Assembly (NCBI GenBank): GCA_964016885.1
Contig: OZ024741.1
Location: 100,874,001 to 100,938,000 of the forward strand
Length of the DNA stretch: 64,000 nucleotides
Direction of reading: 5' to 3'
Origin: Eledone cirrhosa
Lineage: Eukaryota
In this document: one piece after another, positions 52,846-64,000 of the stretch
How positions within the stretch are numbered: the first letter of the stretch is position 1
Layout of the letters: each line of letters begins with the position of its first letter
Notes under the pieces: generated by a model
What the model saw: only the letters and a program-made list of their open reading frames with translations
The model's database searches: none
Told to the model about the DNA's origin: nothing
Position numbers and translations under genes: made by a program

Positions 52846-53445
52846 ATTATTTGTTTCAGGGATTGGCAGTATCGGTAGAGGGTTGGACGCTATATTTTGC
52901 AGCATGGAGTTACGGCCCTTTATTGTCTGGGTTCAAATCCTGAGGTTAACTTTGCCTTTCATCCTTATGGGGCCGATAAAATAAAGCAGCAGTAATGCAC
53001 TGGGATAATTGCTGGCCTTGTGCCAAATGTAGAAACAATTATTTGTTTCAGGTGGTGGATTGGCAGAATTGGTAGGGCGTCGATCGACATGCTTAGAGGC
53101 ATAGGGTTACGGCTCTTTACATTCTGAGTTCAAATCCCACCAAGGTTAGCTTTGCCTTTCATCCTTGTGGGGGTCTATAAAATAAGGTACCAGTAACATA
53201 CTGGGTCGATTTAATCGACTTTCCCCTCCCCCCAAAATTGCTGGCCTTGTGCCTATAGTAGAAATCATTATTTGTTTCAGGTAATAGATTGGTAGTTTTG
53301 GGAGAACGTCAGACCTGCTTTGCCGCGTATGGTTACAGCCTTTTACGTTCTTCAGAACGAGATTTGAACTCAGACTGTAAAGGGACGTAACCACATGCCA
53401 CAAAGCATGTCCGTTGATCTACTGATACTGCCAATCCACCACCCA
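52846..53445 (+). mobile_element. Stack of family-A SINEs: two plus-strand copies, a third head, and an inverted head
   Basis: attatttgtttcagg occurs at 52846, 53038 and 53267, separating the SINE copies; 53360-53445 is a minus-strand head. Confidence 0.8.
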
Positions 53446-56400
53446 TAAGAATTAACATAATGAGGAGTAGATATAACTGCCTGCTTTAAACTATAAAATG
53501 TAGATATATTTAAATGAAGTAATATTTTTTTGTTTATTTCTTTGAATAAAAAAAAAAAGAACCTATTTTGTTATATAATGTGTCCTAGTTATTGTGTGAG
53601 GAAATGGAAGAATAAAATCACTGGAGGTGAATATAGACCATATGGCTGTTTTTTTTAATGTGTGGTGGGTATTAAGATATTAAATAGCTGTCCATTATAT
53701 AACTGTCATACTTGAGTCATTCATGGACACTATTATCCTGTTTACAGTGTATTCCATGGAAAAACTAAGATCCTTTATATAATCAAAACATTCACATTTA
53801 ACGTTTTTCTGACATTTCTACTTCGTCACTGACATATGGCTGATGAATCTACTCAACAAAAACAGCCCCACATACCCCTTTTTTTTTTTTGTCAGATTTA
53901 ATTAGAAAATCATTTACTTCAATCCAGTCATGTGAGTTATTTTATAGCTTAACTGCATGGATCGAAAATTGCCCTTTAACAAAAAATAAACATATATACA
54001 TTAACTAGACAAGAAACTTGAACTATGTTCTTTTTACTGATTTGTGACATTATATATGTAGTGGAAACCAGTTATTGTGATCATCTTTCAGGTAACAAAC
54101 AATAATTGGCTGATACCATTAAGCAGAGAATAAAACACTATCTTGAAGTGAATATGTTTAGGATTCACTAATTGAAATAACAATAACCATTTGATAACAT
54201 TATCTGTAATTATTATAAGAGGGTTCCGCTAAATATATATATAATCTAATCTCCCTAATAAAAGACTGGAGGTAAGATTTCATGTCCATTTGGGTATTAA
54301 GTTCTCTTTTCTGAAATACAAATTAAATATGATATGCTTATTTTATTAGATTGAGTTGTCTACAAAGATAAGACAATTGAATTCTGTAATTATGTCTGAT
54401 TTTTCTCTTCATTAACATTTTGAATGAAAGACACTGCTTATCACCTACAAATAATAAAAAAATTGTTAAGATTTAGTAATTAATATAACTATTACATTAT
54501 TTATCTTGTGTTTTGACTATATAATTTAAGCTTGACATAAATGTAAACACTTGTATTTCTGGTGACATCAACTACACCACTTTTGCATCCTTAACTTCTA
54601 CATGAATTTTATTGTCTATCATAGTAGATTGGTTAGCTAAGTCTTATGTCAACCAATACTTTAATATGAAAATCAATTTTCAACAGTTACACAGCCAGTG
54701 GACAAATGGACCATAATTAATTTGTTTCTCTCGTTAGATCCTTTATTAATGCCACACAGCATCATACATTTCAAAGTCTGCATTTTTCACAAGCAAAAGA
54801 CCCAACTCAACAGAGGTAATAGTTTTCAAAAGTTTCTCCAGTCTACTGAGATCCTATCCACTATACCTTTCACTAGTAGCCTCCATCCCTTAGCACTAAT
54901 TATTAATACCTAAATAGCAGGAACTATCAATTATTTCCACCGAGTCATCTGAGTAATCGGCTGTGTTCAGGTGAAGGCTATTCATGTTTCTAGGCTACAT
55001 TAGTACACTTAAAATTAAGTGCTTAAAAAAAAAAACTTGTTTTTATTTGTGGATATTTTTTTTACTGCTTAATCAGAGAAGGAGGAGCAGCACATAAAAT
55101 CTCCCTTTTTTTTGTTCAGGGCCTCAGAAACTGGCAGGAAAAAGTTATCCTCAAACTGGAGACCTGGCCTGAATGTTTTCAGAGTTAACTCTGCTAAAAG
55201 CACCGAAAGACAAGTTGGTGTTGTTAAACCAGTCAATGGATTAAGTCTACCATCCAAGGACTCAAAACAAAAAGAACCATAATAAATATCACGAAGCATC
55301 TCATATGATGTTCTAATAATTCTGTCGATCCACTGTCCTGGATTGGTACTTTATTTTAAAGACCCTGAAAAGATGAAAGGCAAAGATGACTTGAGCAGTA
55401 TTTAACTCTTAACATCCTGTACTGTACCGCACAAAGCCATATTAGCAAGAGATTCTCAAAAATTAATAAAGAGTACGACTGCATCACATTAACAGTCTTT
55501 ACTTTATCTTATACTGCAGATTTTCACTAGTTTATCAACTAATAAAAAAAATTGACTTAAACTTGTTTTTAAATATTTTCTGCTAAATCTTGTACTGACT
55601 TCTAGTTCCATTCACTTCAGTCTACTTTTAAGTTCCTATCTCAAATTTATCTCTATGTTTACAGCAGCAGTTGTTATTTAAGCTCAGGATTACCAAGTAG
55701 AATTCATTCTATTGCCTGGTTTAACACCATCACTTCATCCTTTTGTACCTTTAGTAGAGTTCACACTGTTGTATAATATCTCCAGTTTGAGGATAATTTC
55801 CTCCCAGAGGCCCCAACACGCCAAAAAGGGAGAGAGGAGGGTTGTGGGCACTGCTTTTCTCCCCATCTGACTACTTGAATAAAACAAATGTAAGACCAAA
55901 TCATCTGGGAGACAGTTCATACTTCAATGACATAGCTGTATATTCAAATCCTGCAGATAATCAGTATTAGTCCTAGTTTATATATTTCTTTTCTGGCTTA
56001 GTCAGAGAATGAAATACCTTCACAAATTGTTGGAAGTTTGAAACAAACTGACATATGGGTTGCTACAGTAGAAAGCAGGACATTAAAATATCCAATTATT
56101 GAACATGATGTAAAGTGATTGGTATAAAGAAGTGCATCCAGCCATAGAAACCTTGCTCCCAGTACACACTATAGAACGGTTGGTGTTAAAAAGGACATCC
56201 AGCCATAAAAACCATACTATGAATTGGTGTTAAAAAGGGTATCCAGCTATAGAAACTATGCTTCCAGTACATGGTGTAAAGTGGTTGGTATTTGAAAGGG
56301 CATTCAGTTGTAGAAACCAAACCAAAATGAAGTGTACAAGCAGGACCAGGACCTGGTCATCTGACTAGTACAGCTTCAGCATGCAAAATAGATGTTAAAT

Positions 56401-57549
56401 GATGATGCTGGACTCTATTAACGGCAATGAAAGGCCCAGATGATAGTGTTTAATCAAGCAAGACTAGGCTAGGCTGAATGGTTGCTACGACTTCACTTAT
56501 GTTGGTTTAGCTGGCCTATTATGAGATCGCATCTAATAGCAAGTGTCTTGGGTGTTTTAATGATAGAAACCCCAGTCCTACCTTGTTATTTTTCAGGTTA
56601 CAGGAGATGAGATTTGAACTCAGAACTGGAACAACTACTGCAAAGTATCCAGTTCAATGCTCTAACAACCCTGGACTGATACTTTAACAACTCCAAAAAG
56701 ATGAAAGGCAAAGTTGACCGTAGCAAGATTTGAACTCAGAATGCAGAGAGTCATAACAAACACTGTGAGACATTTAATCTGATGCTCTGATTCAGCTAAT
56801 TTGCTTCGTATTTGGCTGATTACCTGATATTAAATGAATCAATGGGTAAATACACAAAGCTGAAAAGCAAAAACATTACAAAATAAAATATTTCATTTTC
56901 TTTTTATTATCATATCAGAAAATGTTCTTTTTACTGTAATCCCTTATTTCATAGTTCAAGTAAATATCCCCTGCACTCTTCCAATATTCCTTTCAGTACA
57001 TAAAAATCTATCTCTTAGTAAAATCCCCCTCCCCACTCTCGTTCTTTCTTTCATTTTCTTTTCAACATCCTCTTTAGTATTTTGTATTGTTTTCAACAAA
57101 TTTTGCTTGGTGTCATAATATGGAGGGTAAAAAAAAAACAAAAAAAAAACAAAGAAATGCTACAGAAAAACAGGTGCTAAGCTGCCAGCCTGTAGGTGAA
57201 TGTCTATCCAATTGTTTGCACTGGAAATGCCATCTGGAAACATTTCAATGTCACCGCAAGCACTGATCAAAATAACATACATTTTCTTGTCCTGTTGGAT
57301 TAACCTAATGTATTTTTCTGGAGATAACTCATCAGTGATACATTTTTGATATCACACTCACATGCACGTTAACACATACAACATACACATACTCACACAC
57401 ATACACATTTTGTTCAGGCTCTATCAAATTTCATATTTTGAATCCTCAGGTGATATTTCCACAAGTTTATTATCTTCCACATCAAAAGCTAGTTTATCCA
57501 GAAGGTGGTTTGTAGTCATTTTGCTGGAAGGCTGCTTGCAATACCTTTC

Positions 57550-57602
57550 TTAGTCAGATTCTGATCTCACTGTCTGGGATGAAGTATAACTTTCGTTGGA
57601 AG
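57550..57602 (-). CDS. RANBP3: RANBP3 orthologue, probable terminal coding exon
   Basis: Acceptor ataatttttcag. Phase 1 gives ASNESYTSSQTVRSESD-TAA, compatible with the previous exon; non-repetitive 3'UTR-like sequence follows. Confidence 0.62.
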
Positions 57603-58199
57603 CTGAAAAATTATATAAAATAAACTATATAAGTATGCCGCTGGTATTAATTTTTTCCAGCTGAGTGGACTGGAGCAAGATAAAATAAAGTGCCTTGCTT
57701 CAGAACATAACTTGCTGTCTTGTTCTGGAATTGAACACATGATTTTACAACCTTGAGAACAACACCCTATCTACTAGGCAGCATACCTTCATCTTGATCT
57801 CTCCAACACCATTGAAATACATCATGGGATAAATTTAGAATTTTAATAATTTAAACTGAGTTCATGTTTAACTTGTCAAATTAAATAAAAGTGGATACAG
57901 ATACGACTTCAGCAATTTATTGTCTAGTTCAATCTCTTGCAATTGGAACACGAGCTCCTCCTTTTCTTTTCCTGTAATCCGATCTTCGAGGGTGTCGGAT
58001 CAGAAGCCAATAGTAATAATTTTCCATTCCTAAGGAGGACTGTCTTCATCTGGGAAAGCAGATAACTTGATCTCCTGAGCTGTCTTCTCATGGTGACTAG
58101 TTCTTGCTCGATAAACAGTTGACGAGCAAATCAAGAGTTCAGACACATGACCAAGACTCCTTCACAATTGCAATGTAAGAAATACTTGCTTGTCATATT

Positions 58200-58860
58200 G
58201 ATAGTTTCTCCTGTTCCCACGAGGCAACAAGAGTGGCGTTGAGAGTTGGCTTTATTCACAGTGATTTTCAGGGCAGTACTGATTTGAAGATTTCATCATC
58301 ATCACTAAGAGCCGAGTTGGATGACAAATTTTCAAGAGCTACTTTCTCGGACATCTTTATCCTGCTTTCACTTTCTTACTTTAGTATAATTAATTTTCTT
58401 TTCCTTCTTCCGAATGGCTCTCACATGTTCTGCATCAGCACCAAACACCAGCCATAAATGAAGACATCCGATCATCCAGCTGTGTCTCAAGGAAAGCTTT
58501 GTTTTCAGATGGGACATCTTTTCGTTCAAGAACATCCTGGCTTGCAATGTCACAAATTTCCTCAAGATCACATTTCCAAACCTCACGCTTTGCAATTGCT
58601 TTGTCAGTCATCCTTGGTAATCCTTATACAATTTCTTGATTGAAATGTGGATATTTGTTTTCGTTTTGGTAGGGATATTTGCCTTTTCCCACACTTCATG
58701 GATCTTCTGGCTAGTGTTTTTTACAGCAACTGAAATTGTTCCCCCTAGTTTGACGTGTTGATAGGTAAACACAAGAGCACTTGTTGTTTGGAGGCGAGTC
58801 AATTTTGAGGTAACTCCCACTCAGGATTTTTCTCAAGATTCCAAATGGCCTTTCTGATTT
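58200..58860 (-). mobile_element. Decayed DNA-transposon ORF remnant (superfamily uncertain)
   Basis: VWEKANIPTK...IKKLYKDYQ and DIASQDVL pieces resemble N-termini of invertebrate transposase-like proteins; broken by stops and frameshifts; lies in a RANBP3 intron. Confidence 0.4.
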
Positions 58861-59736
58861 ATATTTTCTTATTCACTGTGAAAGATGAAAAGCAAAATCA
58901 ATCTATCAATTTTATTTTAACAAGCCTTTGGGTTCTTACATTTCTGGAAGCCATTCAGGCTGTGAAAAGCAAAAGAGAAAAAAATTATTTCGAAACAACG
59001 GGTGGAACTTGACAAAAACCAGCGTATTTAGTATTCGCTAACAAAACCAGCACTGAACCAACAATGCAATGAACCTTGCATTAGAACTGTATTGTTAACT
59101 CATTATCTAGATAATTATCAAAACAAATATTGAAAAGCTCACCTCATCAACATGATACCAAATATTTCTTTATATGAATAATAAAAACAAATGCCCGATG
59201 TAAAATTATTTCAACATACTTAGTTTAAGTTTATGATTAATTTCTTTTTCATTTAGGAATCCTATGAACAGTAGAAACATCTCCTGCATGCAGACAGACG
59301 AAAACGGACAAAAAATGCAACCTGGTTACAATAAAAAATTGCTGAAGTAAAATATTTTTCATTTTTTTTGGCATAGTATTAAAAAATCACTAAACTGTGC
59401 AATTCCTAAATATATTCATATCTCCTTGCATTTTCGTCTGTTTATTTTTTATGTGAAATGGATTCAGGGCGCAATCAACATGAGTTGATTCCAACAAAAA
59501 AAAAATTTTCCCTGTAAATATGAAACACCCTTGTTCATTGTACATTTACTGACCACCAGAAATGATGTGGCATGAAAAGAAGAAAAATACAGATACCTCG
59601 GCACATAGACCAAAAGTCAGTTCTCTCTGCACTTTAGTCTATCAAAATTAAATGTGTGCTGTTTTGAAGTTCAGGCCTTTACAACACGTGAAATATGAAC
59701 ATTATCTAAATTTGAGGAGTCTTACAGCTCAAGTTA

Positions 59737-60070
59737 TGGTGGCAAATTGGCAGAGTTGTTAGAACGTCGGATAGAGTCTTAGTCGATTTTGTTCCAGCTC
59801 TTTTCTCTGAGTTCAAATCTCCCCAGGGTCAACTTTGTCTTTCATTCTATCAATGTCGATAAGAAAGTATTAGTTTAGTACTGGCCTCAATTCTTCCTCT
59901 ATATCATTTTCTCACTTTTCTTCTCTCACTTTCTAACCTTCTCTGGAAGAAATCTGCATTGTTCAAACCTGGAGAGGGATGGGCTCTGCCAGGTTTAAAA
60001 TGCCAAGAAATGACATATGCCACTACGGTGCCCCTATGACTCCATCAGGAGTTACGGGACTATACCATAC
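59737..60070 (+). mobile_element. Family-A-headed SINE subfamily with a distinct long 3' tail
   Basis: Tail ctggaagaaatctgc...cctggagagggatggg...ggtgcccctatgactcc...ccatac is shared with copies at 50193-50500 and 61892-62205. Confidence 0.75.
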
Positions 60071-60433
60071 TAGTTTAAGTGAGCACAAAAACCTAACAAT
60101 ATAATGAATGTAGTTGCCATGGTCACAGGAGCTTAAAACTGGATAATTCTAGGTTTAACTCATATTTAATGATATCAGGTATGTCAAATTATATGAGTGA
60201 AGATGACACTAATAGTTTCAGTTATAAAATACTACAAAGTACAACCACAGTTTATATAAATAAAAAAAAAAAATACAAATCTTCTTACCATTTATGAGCT
60301 TAGTAGCTGAGAGCACCTAGGCTGAATTAGACAAAACTTGAAATAGTTGGCAATGTGGGGTTTGTAGCACCACTGATGCAAATGACAGAAGATAAGACTA
60401 GTGTACTACCATGTTTTACTATATAATATATAG

Positions 60434-60618
60434 CAGGCATGAAGCCAAGCACACCTGTGGCCTGCACCAAGGTTTTTACAGCGCGAGCGTGTTTTACCTT
60501 CGTAATATAAAAAAAAAAAATTAGTTGTAATGTGCGCAATTAGTTGTTGTGTGTGGCCCTCAGACAACACATATGTGACCCATGTGGCCCTCGGGGGACC
60601 CTTAGTTTGACATGTCTG
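60434..60618. mobile_element. hAT-like MITE with 8-bp TSD
   Basis: Ends caggcatg / catgtctg; atatatag duplicated at 60426-60433 and 60619-60626. Confidence 0.7.
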
Positions 60619-62911
60619 ATATATAGTATGTATACTATATTTTTCAGAACAATCCTAGAACAGTGATTAGTGAATACACTTTACTTAGATATTTTATTAA
60701 AGGTGTACTATCGTGTTGTTTTACTACAATATACGGCATGTATATTATAGTTATCAGTTAAAACACAAAGTATAGATCTAACACAGAATTTTACACTAAG
60801 AACCTTAAGCTCAACATGTACGTCAGGACAAATTTTAAGTTAAAATACTCTAATCAAAAGCAACAAAGAAAACCACCACAAACAAACACTTTGATCTGCA
60901 ACCAAATCTCTCTCTCAAACACACTCTGCCATTTTGAAAAAAAGGATGAACATATTTCACAACGTAATTCTGGATAGAATACTTCTGGAAACAAAACGGG
61001 TGGTTATAACTGGAATGTTTTTGATCATCCAATCCCTTCTCACTCCAGGTGGAGGTACCCCTAAATGGTTGACTTCCACTGCTTTCTGTTTGGTCTTGGT
61101 CATGTCTTCAGGGGTATAGCTGTACTCACCACGCTTGGCCAATTGCAGGTTGGTGAGGCTATTTAACCCATAGTTAGGATGGATGGTCATTGATGAATTT
61201 ATCAATTCTTTTAACAGCTTTTATTTTTTGTTATGCTGGGGCAGTTGATTTAGTCGCCGACCACTTGACCATGAAGCAGGTTGTACTGGGTTACATGATA
61301 CCAGTAGCAATCATCAAAACCCTGACCTGACCATGATTTTGAGCATAGGTCTAGTTAATTTGGGACGACCTGGGGCTGAAAAACAACTTTAACAGAAGGA
61401 TGGTTGTTTCAACTAAATAATATATTTATTAGAAAACAATGCTACATATATTCAAAGTAGACATTTCTAATGTAAATAGCTTAAAAACAGAAATTGTTTA
61501 TGAGAATAACCGAGTTAACCAATATAATTGACTGGACTTGTTTTTAATTTACTTCATTATAATTTAATGTGTTTTCCATGATGGCATAGGTTAGACAGGT
61601 CATCTCATTCCGAGATGAGACAGGTTGGAGAACCACATCTTACTCATACATTCCATATTTTGGTATGGTTTTTACAGCTAGAAGCACTTCCAAACACTAA
61701 CCACTTTACAGAGTGTATTGGCTGCATTTTATTGTGGCACCTGCACTAGAGAGGTTGTACTCGACAAACTGAAGAGTCTTACCAAGTACATGACTTCATA
61801 TCACAACAAACAATCAATAGAGATTTTTAAACAGAGTTATTGAGTAACAGTTCTAAAAACTGGAGTTTATTACATCGTAAGTGTTCAATAAGGCGGTAAA
61901 TTGGCAGAGTTGTCAGAATGTTTGCTCGAATGCTTTGCGGTATTTGTTCCAGCTCTCCGAGTTCCCACTGAGATCAACTTTGCCTTTCATCCGTTCGAGG
62001 TTGATAAAAAAAAGTACAAGTTTAGTAATGGGGTTGATTCTTCCTCTATATCTTTTTCTCACTTTCTATCCTTCTCTGGAAGAAATCTGCTGTGTTCAAA
62101 CCTGGAGAGGGATGGGATCTGCCAGGTTTAAAATGCCCAAGAAATGTTGTATGTCATTATGGTGCCCCTATAACTCTATCAGGAGGAGTTACGTGACCAT
62201 ACATACAAGAGTTCAATCAAACCTTTTTATACCATGTTTAAAAAAATCTTACATCTAGGTTCAATAAGTGCATTTGTTTCTAACATTTGGGACTTTTGCA
62301 TAACCAGCATTATGCAATACTTTCTTACATAATATTGTAAGTGAAATTGATGAGGTTCTTGCAGAAATGTCCCAATGAATATTTACTTAGTAGTTTTTCT
62401 AATGATTCAGTTCAATGGCTTTTAAGACACTTGAAAATATGACACATGACATTCATTGCTGCTGTGACACTGACACCACTGTTATACTACAATTGAACAA
62501 GCTCTAATTTTGATATCAATTCATATTAATTTCTAAAATAAAATAAAGCCATGTATATATCTTCTTATACACATAACTAACATGTGTAAAACTCTGATTG
62601 GATGACAAAAATGGCAATCATTTTGACTAACCTTGTACTTTAAGATCAAATGTTGAAGTATAGTTTGACAGCTGCAGTTAACAGTAAATATTTTTCTTAT
62701 TACCAAGTCACATTGCTGAAACTGGGTTTTTAGATTAACATTTCCTACATTCTTGGTAATAACATAAACATAAAGGTTTAACCTGCAACAATAAGAACAG
62801 AATTCATTCTGTTGACTGAAGAAGACACTATGAAAATATGTTTGAACATGGTAAGTATTTCTAATTAATAATGATGTAAACTATAGTTTCAAGAAATAAT
62901 AAAGTCTTCAC

Positions 62912-63009
62912 CTTCTGTCTCAGGGTCCAGTACACTGCTATCAGATTCTTCTTTTGAGATTGATTTTGATTCCACAGAAGAAACACCTGCACTCAATTCT
63001 GGAAGTTTC
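62912..63009 (-). CDS. RANBP3: RANBP3 orthologue exon (Ser/acidic tail)
   Basis: Acceptor ctttttcttcacag. Open in the phase-2 frame as KLPELSAGVSSVESKSISKEESDSSVLDPETE. Donor AG|gtgaag. Confidence 0.72.
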
Positions 63010-63138
63010 CTGTGAAGAAAAAGGTTTTGATGACAATGATGACAACATATCTTATAAAAATCATTAAATAAGAAATGTCAAAATAAATTAACAAAAATAC
63101 AAGTTTCATATAAACTTATAAAACTTAAAAAAACTTGC

Positions 63139-63284
63139 TTTAGTTTCTTGGGGGAAACTCTGTCTTGAGATTCTGATTTTCTTTTGGATGCATTTCGTTT
63201 TTCAAGTTCTTCTTCTTCAGTTTTCAACTGCTGTATCCTCCATTCGATGGCTCTCATTATGTTGTCACTGTCCTTAGGGTTAGC
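63139..63284 (-). CDS. RANBP3: RANBP3 orthologue exon (end of RanBD1 and basic linker)
   Basis: Acceptor attatcag, phase 0. Encodes ANPKDSDNIMRAIEWRIQQLKTEEEELEKRNASKRKSESQDRVSPKKL (compare ASSKDTGQLYAALHHRI). Ends at an inferred GC donor, AA|gcaagt. Confidence 0.85.
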
Positions 63285-63579
63285 CTGATAATATATATCA
63301 ATAATTGTTTCTAATTTAGGTAGAGTCAGATAATATATCAATAGTCAAAAATGATAACAGTTGGTACAAGGTAAGTTTTATAGCCAATACCTCATATTAG
63401 TAAATATTGTTGCAGCAAATAAAGATGAGTAGTTGGAACATCAAAAAATTAAATTGGGATGGTACAATGCAAAGAAAGAATTGTTTATAGATGAGAGGAG
63501 AATAACAACTGAACAATGGAAAGGGATAGGCACAAAAACAACCAGGACTTCAATGACAATTAATTGGGTAGATACTTAC

Positions 63580-63716
63580 TACAATGAGAAACACTTTAAC
63601 TCCATCACCGTCAGTGGCAGTTAGTCGTACACTCTTCTGACTGGCTTTCTTCACGGTCATTCCTGTCCAAATTTTGGTGTTCAATATCACTCGTAGACTT
63701 CCCTGTGATCTCATTA
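63580..63716 (-). CDS. RANBP3: RANBP3 orthologue exon, C-terminal part of RanBD1 domain
   Basis: Acceptor tatttcag, donor gtaagt. Encodes MRSQGSLRVILNTKIWTGMTVKKASQKSVRLTATDGDGVKVFLIV, matching recalled RANBP3 MRTQGSLRLILNTKLW...KASEKSIRITA...GVKVFLI. Confidence 0.92.
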
Positions 63717-64000
63717 CTGAAATACAATAGATGCAAACACTAAATTATCCACAAAAGTATAAAATAAGAATGTCTGTAACAAATATCAGGTAATGTGAGA
63801 TCAAATATACTTTTTGCATTTTTGAAATTATTTCAAATGACTTGATTGCACACTATCTTAATTACCTTTTAGTACTTAGCACCCTTCTTCAACCAATTTG
63901 CTAGCAAACTGTCTGAAACCACTTTTGGTTCTTTGATACTAAGCTGTTTATATTTATCTAAAACCCTTCCATCATAATAATTTTATGTAAGTTATGCCCC

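Noticed and set aside
53053-53140. tRNA gene
   Set aside because: A/B-box-like head belongs to a SINE; no cloverleaf, and it continues into the SINE body.
55120-55282. Plus-strand acceptor followed by ~54 open codons (ASETGRKK...KEP*)
   Set aside because: No recognisable homology and no convincing upstream plus-strand exons.

Overview
Eukaryotic, very AT-rich, repeat-dense animal genomic DNA. The SINE types and the long (TA)n/(TACA)n tracts resemble octopus/cephalopod genomes; this is an inference from recall, not a search. Two spliced host genes lie on the minus strand. One is the 5' part of an ATOSA/FAM214A (Atossa) orthologue: coding exons 36303-36288, 4798-4620 and 1861-1662, with a ~31.5-kb first intron containing a 200-N gap. 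The other is the 3' end of a RANBP3 orthologue: exons 63716-63580, 63284-63139, 63009-62912 and 57602-57550, with a probable GC-AG intron. The ATOSA intron holds a ~2.8-kb almost pure AT tract, a ~12.8-kb TA/TACA array with three identical non-microsatellite islands, and an intact-ORF2 CR1-group LINE with a 20-bp TSD. It also holds several hammerhead-ribozyme motifs, including a ~256-bp palindrome whose two arms are mirror-image type I hammerheads. Elsewhere there are decayed Tx1/L1, RTE, CRE and R4/Dong-like retrotransposons, hAT and piggyBac-like MITEs, and many tRNA-derived SINEs, some stacked at one target site. The very long YI/IY/MY ORFs in the ORF track are microsatellite artefacts.
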